Source: Limisphaerales bacterium
GTDB taxonomy: Bacteria; Verrucomicrobiota; Verrucomicrobiia; Limisphaerales; SIBE01
Assembly: GCA_044225505.1 (NCBI GenBank)
Contig: JBGAIN010000014.1
Span: 1 to 64,000 of the forward strand
Direction of reading: 5' to 3'
Length of the DNA: 64,000 bases
Made by a program: the position numbers and the translations under genes. This document shows, piece by piece, positions 1-9,298 of this stretch (positions are counted from its first letter, which is position 1; every line of letters starts with the position of its first letter). Under the pieces are notes generated by a model. The model saw only the letters and a program-made list of their open reading frames with translations. It made no database searches and was not told where the DNA came from.

Positions 1-1462
1 TGTATCGATAGGTCTGGGATGGTTTGTCAGCCACCACGTCTTCGGGATGAAAGTTCATTTGGATCACAACAGGACTTGGCCGACGCTGCCCCATAGCGAC
101 GACAGGCCCTGAGGGATCGTCCACTGGTTTGAGTCGAGGCGAGATTTCCCTCCATTCGCAATCGTGGATCTCAAATCTTTGCGGCGACGTTAGAAGATGA
201 AAGTTCGTCTGTGCATTCATCTTGACGTCCAGGCGGCGTGTCCCAGCATCGAGGGCTTTTACCGTGTTTAGCCCAATGCGTACGGTGTCGTTTCCTGGGG
301 CAAATCGCAAGGACAGGCCGAAGTCGGTCGCGGGGATCTGTGAAGTTGGCGCAGCGCCTTCTGCAATGGATTTAGAAACCGGAAGACTGAGATCCTTCCA
401 GCGTCGAGGGCTCCACAGAACCGTGCGCCAAAGTCCTTCCGGGTCTCTGAAGACGCATCCGACTTCTTCCCCGGTCGGTCGGTGATAGATTTGATATAAG
501 GGCTTGGACTGTTTCAGCATTGCGCTCAGCGTCAGGTAGGAGTCCAAACCGGGCCTCGGCTCGAACTCGTCTGTGACCAGGCTGAGATCGAACCCGGACT
601 CAACATACGGCGTAAGAATAAAAGGCAGGTAAACATCGATTCCGGCGACCCATGCCGTGACGGTCAAGCGCTCGTGTAGCGCCTGCTGCCGTGCTAACTC
701 GCTCGCATTCGTAGCGTCCGTCCGCAGCATCTGAAAATCTCCAGCCTCGGTAACCCACAACGGCTTCAGCAGGTGATAGCGTCTGACGAATTTTTGATGT
801 TGCCGGATGGCCGCCAGAAAATCCTGAGGCCAGCCGTAGTAGTGGAAGTTGTAGCCGTCGGTGTACGAGAAGGCCTGGTTCTGGAGAAGTGCGAATTCGT
901 ATTTGCCCGGTGTAAAGGCCAACGACGGCATGAGGGCCCTGGCGTTTGTATTGCCAGCCTTGATTCCCCAATAGGCCGCTTTCAAGACAGCTGCCATTCG
1001 ATCGGGTGTCTCAGCGACAAAATAGAAGTCCGGCTCGTTCCACACTTCCCAGGCTTGATGAACCTGTGGAAAGACGGGAAGGTTCGTTCGACAGTGCCAA
1101 TACAGTGCCAGTAAATCATCAGGTAAATCCTTACCGCCCGCGATTTGTGCGGATGGCTTGACCCAGCGCAGAATCGCAACCTGATTGAAACCCTCGTCGG
1201 CCAGCAGTCGCGAGGAAGCACGAATCCAACTCAGACCTCCGCTTTGCCACTGCGGAATTAGGATAGACCTTAAGGTCGATTCGGGGGCGTCGAGTGTTGC
1301 GACGCCCCCGAATTGCGTACTGGAGGCATTTCGGACGAGAAATCCAAAACCCAGACAAAGCAACCACAGGAGTTTCCCAAAGCCAAACGACCTTCCACAA
1401 CACTCCCGCTTGCGGGAGAGTCTTCGCGTTTGAAACCATTCTAATACTGCTCGAATAGGCAT
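1..1462 (-). CDS. Secreted clan GH-A glycoside hydrolase (GH39/GH5-like), runs off the left edge
   Basis: Not in the ORF track. Manual translation shows a stop-free frame from ATG 1462 to the edge: hydrophobic N-terminal segment (KLLWLLCLGFGFLV), acid/base motif WEVWNEPD (~1028-1051), YNFHYYG, nucleophile motif KPLWVTEAG (~740-766). Confidence 0.8.
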   Translation of the reverse strand, partial: MPIRAVLEWFQTRRLSRKRECCGRSFGFGKLLWLLCLGFGFLVRNASSTQFGGVATLDAPESTLRSILIPQWQSGGLSWIRASSRLLADEGFNQVAILRWVKPSAQIAGGKDLPDDLLALYWHCRTNLPVFPQVHQAWEVWNEPDFYFVAETPDRMAAVLKAAYWGIKAGNTNARALMPSLAFTPGKYEFALLQNQAFSYTDGYNFHYYGWPQDFLAAIRQHQKFVRRYHLLKPLWVTEAGDFQMLRTDATNASELARQQALHERLTVTAWVAGIDVYLPFILTPYVESGFDLSLVTDEFEPRPGLDSYLTLSAMLKQSKPLYQIYHRPTGEEVGCVFRDPEGLWRTVLWSPRRWKDLSLPVSKSIAEGAAPTSQIPATDFGLSLRFAPGNDTVRIGLNTVKALDAGTRRLDVKMNAQTNFHLLTSPQRFEIHDCEWREISPRLKPVDDPSGPVVAMGQRRPSPVVIQMNFHPEDVVADKPSQTYRY

Positions 1463-1614
1463 GATCACTCGCTTCTCGGATGACACCCCGGAACTCTGGG
1501 CTGGTCCAACCGCAAGTTGTATCCGCGAGAAGTAAAGTGTCCCAAACTCGCTCTAGTCTAGGAGAATTAACGGTCGGCAAAGCGAGGTTGCGGTGTTAGA
1601 ATTCCTCCCTGACA

Positions 1615-2583
1615 ATGGTGCGAATGCGGCGAATGATCGGAAAACTGCGGAACCAGCTTCTGGTCGGAACGGGACTGCTCATTTTAGCCCTGGTCCTGCC
1701 CCTCACGGCCACCGTCCCTGGCAAGGACCTGGCCGTCGCGTTGACTTTTGCCGGAACGTGCATTGGCACCGCGCTCGTCAGCCTTTTCCTCCCCAAAATC
1801 CTCCTGGCCACCGCCGAAGAGAATGCCCAGCGCGACTTCACTCGCTCCGAATCCAAGCAACGGGTGGCGCAGGCAGAACGCGAAGCCGCCTTGGCCGGAC
1901 AAAAGGTGCTCGACGCGAATCGCGAAATCAACCGCCTCTCCTCCATGCGGATCGACGTGGCCGCGGTTCAGCCCATGCTGAAACTCGGGTTGCTCGAAGT
2001 CGAGACCACCGTCACGGATTTCCAACAACGTCCGGTGGGAGAGGCTCGCGAAGAGGTGTGGTGGCGAAATGGCTATCGCAATACTTACGTCGGAGTGGTG
2101 CGCATTCCAGTCAAGGCTCACCTTGGCATCGACCTGCAAAAGGTGCGCCTTCGCGAGGTCGAGCCTGGACGCTTGGTCATTGGCGGGATCACCATGGTGA
2201 CCGTCACCGATACGGCCGAGGGCGCGACCTGGCTCCTGGATGAAGTTCGCACGGAATACCTCAAAGATCGGCAAGTCGTGAAGTTCAAGGGAGACTGCGA
2301 TGACGCCCTGGCGAAGACTTACAGCCGCGCCCAGGAATTGGAGGTGCGCGCGCGCTTAAATCACGGCCAGGATTTTCGTGTCTTTGAGTCTGGCCTGATT
2401 CGCACGGCGGAGCAACTCCTTCGAGTTCTGCTAGCTCCCCTGCATAAGGAACTCATCTTTGGGAAGGACCCAGGCCCAGAGTCCCAAGATCTGATCAGTT
2501 ACCTGGCGACCCATAATCGGCGGATCGAAGCAGCGATCGCTGACCTCGCAAGAAAATCGGAGCCGCCCGTGCCGTTATCCTGA
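1615..2583 (+). CDS. Membrane-anchored protein with DUF4230-like C-terminal region
   Basis: 322 aa; two N-terminal hydrophobic helices, coiled-coil stretch, VKAHLGIDLQKV resembling the DUF4230 KAGIDL motif. Confidence 0.55.
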   Translation: MVRMRRMIGKLRNQLLVGTGLLILALVLPLTATVPGKDLAVALTFAGTCIGTALVSLFLPKILLATAEENAQRDFTRSESKQRVAQAEREAALAGQKVLDANREINRLSSMRIDVAAVQPMLKLGLLEVETTVTDFQQRPVGEAREEVWWRNGYRNTYVGVVRIPVKAHLGIDLQKVRLREVEPGRLVIGGITMVTVTDTAEGATWLLDEVRTEYLKDRQVVKFKGDCDDALAKTYSRAQELEVRARLNHGQDFRVFESGLIRTAEQLLRVLLAPLHKELIFGKDPGPESQDLISYLATHNRRIEAAIADLARKSEPPVPLS

Positions 2584-3088
2584 GCTCGCAGGCGGTGACG
2601 CGGATAAACCCGCAGCTGATCTCCGCTCGCAGGGCGCTCCTCAAATCGGAGCTGCCTTTCCCTTTCTCCCACTTCGACCCGCTTTCGCTCAGGGGTTGAA
2701 AGGTCGCCTCACCGCCCGAAAGCCTCTCCAACGCTGTTTGAAGCAGCCCTGATCGCGCGGTCGAGGTGCCAGCGATCTCCCCAGCCAAGAACCCGCGTGC
2801 AAATCGAACTCAAGCGGGTGAAACCTTGATTAGACGACCCGTCTCCCAAAAAGAGATTCATCATCCCACCTCATTTCCACGCCCGAGCAGCGATTACCAG
2901 AAGTTCTCACCGAAAATCGACTTGCCACATCTCCCAGATATCGGAATATCCACAAGTTGCCGAGATGGCGGCGAAGCGTGTGCCTGAAAGTATGAGTCTG
3001 ATCGATTTTCATTAATCGCTTCGCCCACCCCTCTTCGGCGCACAGCGTTTTCTGATATCCTCGAGTAACGGGCGATGCCATTTCAACC

Positions 3089-3937
3089 ATGGACTTAGAC
3101 CAGTTTATTGACCGAGCCAAGCACCTGCCGCCAGCTCCCACGCTTTTGCCAGAGTTACTCAATCTGCTTGGCCAACCGGACATCGACAGCGAACGAGTCG
3201 AGCGCCTTATTCGTTACGACCCCACGTTGACAGCCAACGTGCTTCGTCTCTGCAATAGCGCAGCCTCAGGCTCAAACCGAGCGGTCTCCAGCTTGGACGA
3301 AGCGATCCTACGCTTGGGTTTTAGCCAGATCTTTCGCTTGGTCGTCGCAAGCTGTGGCGCCATCTCCATGCGCTCAACGGGGGCAAAGCACGAACCATTT
3401 CAACGCCAGCTCTGGGCTCATTCGGTGGTCTCCGCGGTCAGCGCGCAAAAAATCGCACGCATGCGCGAGATCGACGAGAACCTCGCTTTCACGGCAGCGT
3501 TGCTTCACGACATCGGGAAAATCGTGATGCTCGATGTGCTCGACGACAAATACTCGCGGCTTCTCGAAGAGTTCAAACTCAACAGCTACTCCTTGATCGA
3601 ATCTGAGCAACGGGTTTTTGGTCTTCATCATGCCGAGCTGGGCGGGAGACTCCTGGCCCGTTGGCGTTTTCCGATGAACTTAGTCGCCGCGGTTTGTTTT
3701 CATTATAACCCCGCCGCCGCGGCGATGCACCAGAACGTTGCCGCGTGCGTCTATTTCGGAAATCTGGTCGCTGATGTCTTGGGCTACGCATGCAATAAGC
3801 CAAACCCCTCCGCCCAGCGTAGCAACGATGAAGTCTTCCGTATTCTTAGACTGGACCCAGGGACGGAGTTGGAGTTCAGCAAAACCGTGAAGGAAGACTT
3901 CGCCGCGGTTCAGTCGCTGATTCAAATCCGCGGATAG
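3089..3937 (+). CDS. HDOD domain signal transduction protein
   Basis: LPPAP, DPTLTANVLRLCNSA, AILRLG, WAHS, ALLHDIGK, HAELG..W.FP motifs. Confidence 0.9.
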   Translation: MDLDQFIDRAKHLPPAPTLLPELLNLLGQPDIDSERVERLIRYDPTLTANVLRLCNSAASGSNRAVSSLDEAILRLGFSQIFRLVVASCGAISMRSTGAKHEPFQRQLWAHSVVSAVSAQKIARMREIDENLAFTAALLHDIGKIVMLDVLDDKYSRLLEEFKLNSYSLIESEQRVFGLHHAELGGRLLARWRFPMNLVAAVCFHYNPAAAAMHQNVAACVYFGNLVADVLGYACNKPNPSAQRSNDEVFRILRLDPGTELEFSKTVKEDFAAVQSLIQIRG

Positions 3938-4267
3938 AAGATCCTTCCAATCGCGGGTTTAAACCCGGTTTTCAAATGAGAGCAATTGCTCTCAAAGGAG
4001 GCTTGAGCATTGCGCTGGAGCCACTTAACACTGTACTCCGACCGCACGGACGCTCTGCTTTCGCGCTTCATTCGCTGCTGACCCACGGTTAACCCACTCG
4101 CAGTGGGTGACCAGTGGGTTACCTCCGAATGAAGAGGCTATCTGGACCGAATCGAGATCGGGCGATCATTGCTTCCATGTCGGCCGGTTTTCCGGGGTTT
4201 TTGCCCAAAGCGATCGACATTCGCATCGGGAACTGCTAGAGATAATCAACCCGCAGGCCGAAGGTCC

Positions 4268-7255
4268 ATGGCACGACTCAAAACTCTAGTCCAGACCGTT
4301 GCTTTGAGCGTCCCGCTGAGCACGCTGGCTCAAAATGACCCGGCCCCCGTTGATTTGCGCCAGTTTCAAGACCAAGTCGTGCCGATTCTGGAGCAACGAT
4401 GCTTCGAATGTCATTCCCACCGAACGGGTAAGATGAAAAATGGCCTTACTCTAGACTCTCGCGCAGGCTGGGCGACAGGCGGAGATTCCGGCCCCGCGAT
4501 TGTCGCCGGAGATCCGGATAAAAGCTTACTCATCAAAGCGATACGCTATACGGATCCAGACTTAAAGATGCCTCCCAAGCAAAAGCTTCCCGAGGCAGAA
4601 ATCCTCGCGCTGGAAGAAGGGGTGAGGCACGGGGCGCCAGATCCGCGGATAACGGCGCCCGTTGCGCCTGTGCAGGAATATCGCACGGATTGGTGGTCGC
4701 TAAAACCGCTGGTACGGCCCACGATCCCGCCGGGAGCGAATCATCCGATCGATGCTTTTGTTTTGTCCAAGCTGCGCGAGCAAGGGTTAGTGGCCGCGCC
4801 GGAAGCGGATCGTAGAACGTTGATCCGGCGACTGACGGTCGATCTTCATGGATTGCTGCCGAGCGCCCGCGAGGTCGAAGAGTTTGCGCAACAGACTGGG
4901 GATCAAGCGTATGAATCGCTGGTTGACCGACTCTTGGAATCACCTCGTTACGGCGAACGCTGGGCGCGCCACTGGTTAGATACGGTGCATTTCGCTGATA
5001 CCCATGGATTTGAGCATGACCTGATGCGGACGAATGCCTGGCGTTACCGCGACTACGTAATTGAGAGTCTGAATCAGGACACGGCTTGGCCCCGATTCAT
5101 CCGCGAGCAGCTGGCTGCTGATGCTTTCTTCCCGGACGAACCCCGCTTGACCGTTGCCCTCGGGTTTATTGGAGCCGGTCCTTGGGATCAAAGCACAGCC
5201 CAGACCGCGCCGAAGAATTTCGAGTATCTCGACCGCGACGACATTGTGACCCAGACCATGTCCACGTTTGTCAGTTCTACCGTGAATTGTGCGCGGTGCC
5301 ATGATCACAAGTTCGATCCGATCCCACAGACCGACTACTACGCAGTGCAAGCCGTCTTTGCTGGCGTAGGCAGGGGTGACCTGTTGTTCGACGCTGACGC
5401 GACGCGAGCCCGCGAGCGCAGCCGCTGGAAAGAGCTGTTGGCCGCTACCGCGCGCCCAGATCGGAAGGCGCTCCTCACGCCTGAAAACTCCGCGTGGATC
5501 GACGCGTGGGAGGCCAGCCACCAGACCGGGGTGGAGTGGACCACAGTCGAGCCGGATCTCTTCCTGACGTCGAGTGGTGCTACCTTGCGGAAAGTCGAGG
5601 GAGGGGCGCTCGTGGCCGAAGGCCCCAGGCCGGAGACGGATGTTTACACTCTAGAAGTGACATCGCCGCTGGCTCAGATTTCAGCGATTCGATTGGAGGT
5701 CTTGCCGGATTCCACCCTTCCGAAGAATGGGCCTGGGCGTCAAGACAATGGGAATCTGCATTTGTCGGAAGTCGCGGTCCAGGTCTTCCGTCCCGGGGCG
5801 GTGCAAGGGGAGAAAGTCAGCATTCGGCAAGCGACGGCTGATTTTAATCAATCGGAGTGGACGATTGCCCAGGCGATAGACGGGAACGAAAAAACCGCCT
5901 GGGGCATTCATCCGCGCGAAGGCGAGGCGCATACGGCGGTATTTGAGCTGAAGGAACGGCTCGCCATCACGAATGGGGTTCGGCTCGTGATGCAATTAAA
6001 GCAACTCCACGGACAAGGACATCTGATCGGGAAATTTCGCCTGGCGCTGACGGATGCGGCGGCCGAGAGCACCGCGGTGGTTCCATTCGATGTGGCTGAA
6101 GTTCGCCGAACCCCGTCAGCGCAGCGGACTGAGGACCAGCGAGCCACCCTGGCGGCCTACGTGTTGCGCGTCGTCGCGGAAGCGAAGCTGGCCAGCTTGC
6201 CCCCGCCAAGCCGTGTCTTCGGAGCAGGACCTGTGTTCGAGGCGGTGGCGGAGGGAGGCTTTTACAAGCCGTGGCCCGAGCCGAAAGGCGTTCGGGTCTT
6301 GAAGCGAGGCGATATCAATCAACCCGGTGCGGAAGCGGTTGCTGGCGCCTTGACGGCTGTGGGAGCCATGCCTTCGAGATTCACATCCCTGGAAACGAAA
6401 GACGAAGCTGGGCGTCGCCGGGCGCTGGCCGACTGGCTCGCGGACGAACGGAATCCTCTAACGTGGCGAAGCATCGTCAATCGAGTGTGGCACTATCACT
6501 TTGGCGTTGGCCTGGCGGATACGCTCAATGATTTTGGTCGCATGGGCAGTCTGCCGAGTCATCCGGAATTGCTGGATTGGCTGGCGTGCGAATTCCGCGA
6601 CAGCGGCGGATCGTTGAAGGCGCTGCACCGGCGGATCGTGACCAGCGCTGCTTACCGGCGGGGAAATGATTTTGATGCTGCCGCCGCAGCGCGAGATCCG
6701 GACAATCGGCTGCTTTGGCGCCGGCAAAGCCAGCGCTTGGATGCGGAGACGTTTCGGGACTCGGTGCTGCAGATTACAGGGACGCTGGATTTGGCCATGG
6801 GTGGGCCGGGCGTCCAGCAATTCAAGCTGGGCAAACCGATTCAAATCACGCCGACCGTGGATTACACGCCGTTTGATTGGAATAGTCGCAGTGGAGCCCG
6901 GCGGAGCATCTATCGCTTTGTCTACCGTGGCTTGCCCGATCCCTTCATGGACGCGCTCGATTTTCCCGATGCAGCCCAACTGGCGCCCGTGCGACTTTTC
7001 TCGGCATCGCCACTGCAGACCCTGGCCCTGTTGAACAATGACTTCGTGCTGAATTTCAGCCAACGCCTGGCGCAGCGGCTGGAGGAGGTTGGATCCTCAG
7101 CCGAGCAGCGAATCGCCGCGGCGTTTCGACTGACGTTCCAGCGTGAGCCGACAGCCACGGAGCGGGCGGAGTTCTGCAGTTTCGCGCAAGAGCATGGCTG
7201 GGCTGCGGTCGGTCGTGTGCTCTTCAACAGTAACGAGTTTCTTTTTATCGATTAA
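4268..7255 (+). CDS. Planctomycete-type cytochrome c (PSCyt1) + DUF1549 + DUF1553 protein
   Basis: CFECH and CARCHDHKFDPI CxxCH motifs; HPIDAF, YGERWARHWLD, PSHPELLDWLA, LALLN. Start moved to ATG 4268 (signal-peptide-like MARLKT). Confidence 0.9.
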   Translation: MARLKTLVQTVALSVPLSTLAQNDPAPVDLRQFQDQVVPILEQRCFECHSHRTGKMKNGLTLDSRAGWATGGDSGPAIVAGDPDKSLLIKAIRYTDPDLKMPPKQKLPEAEILALEEGVRHGAPDPRITAPVAPVQEYRTDWWSLKPLVRPTIPPGANHPIDAFVLSKLREQGLVAAPEADRRTLIRRLTVDLHGLLPSAREVEEFAQQTGDQAYESLVDRLLESPRYGERWARHWLDTVHFADTHGFEHDLMRTNAWRYRDYVIESLNQDTAWPRFIREQLAADAFFPDEPRLTVALGFIGAGPWDQSTAQTAPKNFEYLDRDDIVTQTMSTFVSSTVNCARCHDHKFDPIPQTDYYAVQAVFAGVGRGDLLFDADATRARERSRWKELLAATARPDRKALLTPENSAWIDAWEASHQTGVEWTTVEPDLFLTSSGATLRKVEGGALVAEGPRPETDVYTLEVTSPLAQISAIRLEVLPDSTLPKNGPGRQDNGNLHLSEVAVQVFRPGAVQGEKVSIRQATADFNQSEWTIAQAIDGNEKTAWGIHPREGEAHTAVFELKERLAITNGVRLVMQLKQLHGQGHLIGKFRLALTDAAAESTAVVPFDVAEVRRTPSAQRTEDQRATLAAYVLRVVAEAKLASLPPPSRVFGAGPVFEAVAEGGFYKPWPEPKGVRVLKRGDINQPGAEAVAGALTAVGAMPSRFTSLETKDEAGRRRALADWLADERNPLTWRSIVNRVWHYHFGVGLADTLNDFGRMGSLPSHPELLDWLACEFRDSGGSLKALHRRIVTSAAYRRGNDFDAAAAARDPDNRLLWRRQSQRLDAETFRDSVLQITGTLDLAMGGPGVQQFKLGKPIQITPTVDYTPFDWNSRSGARRSIYRFVYRGLPDPFMDALDFPDAAQLAPVRLFSASPLQTLALLNNDFVLNFSQRLAQRLEEVGSSAEQRIAAAFRLTFQREPTATERAEFCSFAQEHGWAAVGRVLFNSNEFLFID

Positions 7256-7263
7256 AGCTGCCT

Positions 7264-8718
7264 ATGAATCCAGACGCTCTCGACCCCGGGACCCGCGCCG
7301 GTCTGACGCGGCGAGATTTTCTGTGGCGACTTGGCGGCGGGTTTGGAGGATTGGCCTTCTCGCATCTGTTAGCCAACGACATTCGAGCGGACGGCCAGGC
7401 GCGCCCAAATCCAGCTCTGAACGGTGGATTGCATCATCCCGCCAAAGTCAAACGAGTCATCCAACTGTTTATGAACGGCGGGGTAAGCCAGATGGACACG
7501 TTTGACTACAAACCCGAACTAAACCGGTGCCACGGGCAGATGATCGGACCGAAGGAAAAGCCGGAAGGGTTTACGGCGGAGGTCGGGGCGGTGATGAAAA
7601 GCCCCTTCGAATTCAAGCAGTACGGGGAGACGGGCCGCTGGGTCAGCAGTGTCTTTCCCCACCAGGCGAAATGCGTTGATCAACTCGCCTTCTTAATGGC
7701 GATGGCGAGCAAAACGAACGTGCACGGCCCAGGGAGCTACATGATGAACACCGGGTTCATCCTGCCGGGATTCCCATGCATGGGCGCTTGGATCTCCTAC
7801 GCGTTAGGGAACTTGACGGAGAACCTCCCCACTTTCGTCGTGCTCCCGGACGGCCGCGGATTGCCTTACAATCAAAAAGGGAATTTCAGCTCTGGATTTC
7901 TACCGGCCAAGCATCAAGGGACCCTGATTGACGCGAGCAGCCAGCCCCCAATCCCCGACTTGTTCCCTAAAGAGCGCTTCACGTTCGCCAATCGTGGAAC
8001 AGACCGCGCCGGACTCGGTCTCTTGGAGAAACTCAATGGACGTCATGCTCAGGCTCACCCAGGAGACTCGCGTTTGGAAGCGCGACTGGCTTCTTATGAA
8101 CTAGCCGCGAAGATGCAGTTGAGCGCGCCTGAGGCGTTCGACCTGGCACGCGAAAGCGAGGCGACGCGAAAAGCCTACGGGATGGAGCAAGCGGTCACCG
8201 AGGATTTTGGGCGGCGCTGTTTACTGGCGCGTCGGCTGGTGGAACGAGGGGTGCGCTTTGTCCAAGTCTGGAGCGGGCCCCAGGGCGCCGTGAATAACTG
8301 GGACAATCACGGAAGCATTATCAAAGAGTTGCCTCCGATCGCAACGAGTGTGGATCAGCCCATCGCGGCACTGCTCGGCGATTTGCGAGAACGCGGTCTC
8401 CTGGACGATACGTTGGTGGTCTGGAGCACCGAGTTCGGACGAACCCCGTTCGCTCAAGGGAGCACCGGGCGAGATCATAACGGGGGGACATTTGTGACGT
8501 GGCTCGCTGGGGCGGGCATTCGAGCGGGTGCCACTCACGGAAGAAGCGACGACCTGGGCTATCAGACGGCCGAGGGGAAAACGTATTGCTACGACCTACA
8601 CGCCACGATCCTGCATCTCTTGGGGATTGATCACACTCAGCTGACTTTTCGGCACGCAGGCATCGACCGGAGACTGACGGACGTCCACGGGGAAGTCGTT
8701 CGGACGCTCCTGACATGA
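7264..8718 (+). CDS. DUF1501 family protein (sulfatase-like, Tat signal)
   Basis: TRRDFL twin-arginine, GGVSQMDTFDYKP, WDNH, EFGRTP, GRDH, RLTDVHG; 8 bp after the DUF1553 gene. Confidence 0.92.
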   Translation: MNPDALDPGTRAGLTRRDFLWRLGGGFGGLAFSHLLANDIRADGQARPNPALNGGLHHPAKVKRVIQLFMNGGVSQMDTFDYKPELNRCHGQMIGPKEKPEGFTAEVGAVMKSPFEFKQYGETGRWVSSVFPHQAKCVDQLAFLMAMASKTNVHGPGSYMMNTGFILPGFPCMGAWISYALGNLTENLPTFVVLPDGRGLPYNQKGNFSSGFLPAKHQGTLIDASSQPPIPDLFPKERFTFANRGTDRAGLGLLEKLNGRHAQAHPGDSRLEARLASYELAAKMQLSAPEAFDLARESEATRKAYGMEQAVTEDFGRRCLLARRLVERGVRFVQVWSGPQGAVNNWDNHGSIIKELPPIATSVDQPIAALLGDLRERGLLDDTLVVWSTEFGRTPFAQGSTGRDHNGGTFVTWLAGAGIRAGATHGRSDDLGYQTAEGKTYCYDLHATILHLLGIDHTQLTFRHAGIDRRLTDVHGEVVRTLLT

Positions 8719-8746
8719 TGGACGACTCCTATAAGAGTGACTTGCG

Positions 8747-9211
8747 CTAAGCGCGCGCTGTCATCGCGCGGGAAGCACGCCAACGGCGCCAGACCCAAAC
8801 AACCCCCAGGCCGCAAGCAGCGCCGCACGAATCGATAAGCACGTCGAGCACCGAAGCGTAGCGTGTGGCAACAAACCACTGGTGGAATTCGTCGCTGGCC
8901 GCATAGAGAGCGCACAGACCCAGTGCGCCAAGAAACCAGCGCCGAGCCGGACCGGGGCTGGTCAGGCTTAGGGCGCGGTAGCTTAATACGGCCAACACGG
9001 CATACTCGGAAACGTGCCCCCCCTTGCGGACGACGTATTGGACGCGTTCAATGGTTTCTTCCGTGACTCCGGGAATGAGCCACCGGAGGAACGGTCCAAT
9101 GAAGCGTGACGTGCGATGGCTGGCGAGGAGATCGGTGGAGCCGATGAAGATCGCCGACATCCAGAGCAGCACTGGAAGCCATCCTAACCATTTGATTCGA
9201 CCGCGCGACAT
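8747..9211 (-). CDS. VanZ family membrane protein
   Basis: VRKGGHVSEYAVL, YAASDEFHQWFV, R..S..DVLID motifs; start at ATG 9211 is inferred. Confidence 0.85.
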   Translation of the reverse strand: MSRGRIKWLGWLPVLLWMSAIFIGSTDLLASHRTSRFIGPFLRWLIPGVTEETIERVQYVVRKGGHVSEYAVLAVLSYRALSLTSPGPARRWFLGALGLCALYAASDEFHQWFVATRYASVLDVLIDSCGAACGLGVVWVWRRWRASRAMTARA

Positions 9212-9298
9212 CGCGGGCACAGAACCAGTGCCGGACGTCCGATGCAATGCAAATCGATTGCTTTCAGCCCTGTTCTCTGGCATCAGGTTAGGGCTTTT

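Noticed and set aside
222..1580. Short ORFs listed at the window start
   Set aside because: They overlap the long minus-strand glycoside hydrolase frame and carry no motifs.
2946..2954. DnaA-box-like ATATCCACA
   Set aside because: Single mismatched copy with no origin context.
2970..3025. Inverted repeat GGCGAAGCG/CGCTTCGCC in the HDOD leader
   Set aside because: One 9-bp stem in GC-rich DNA is not enough to call an RNA element.
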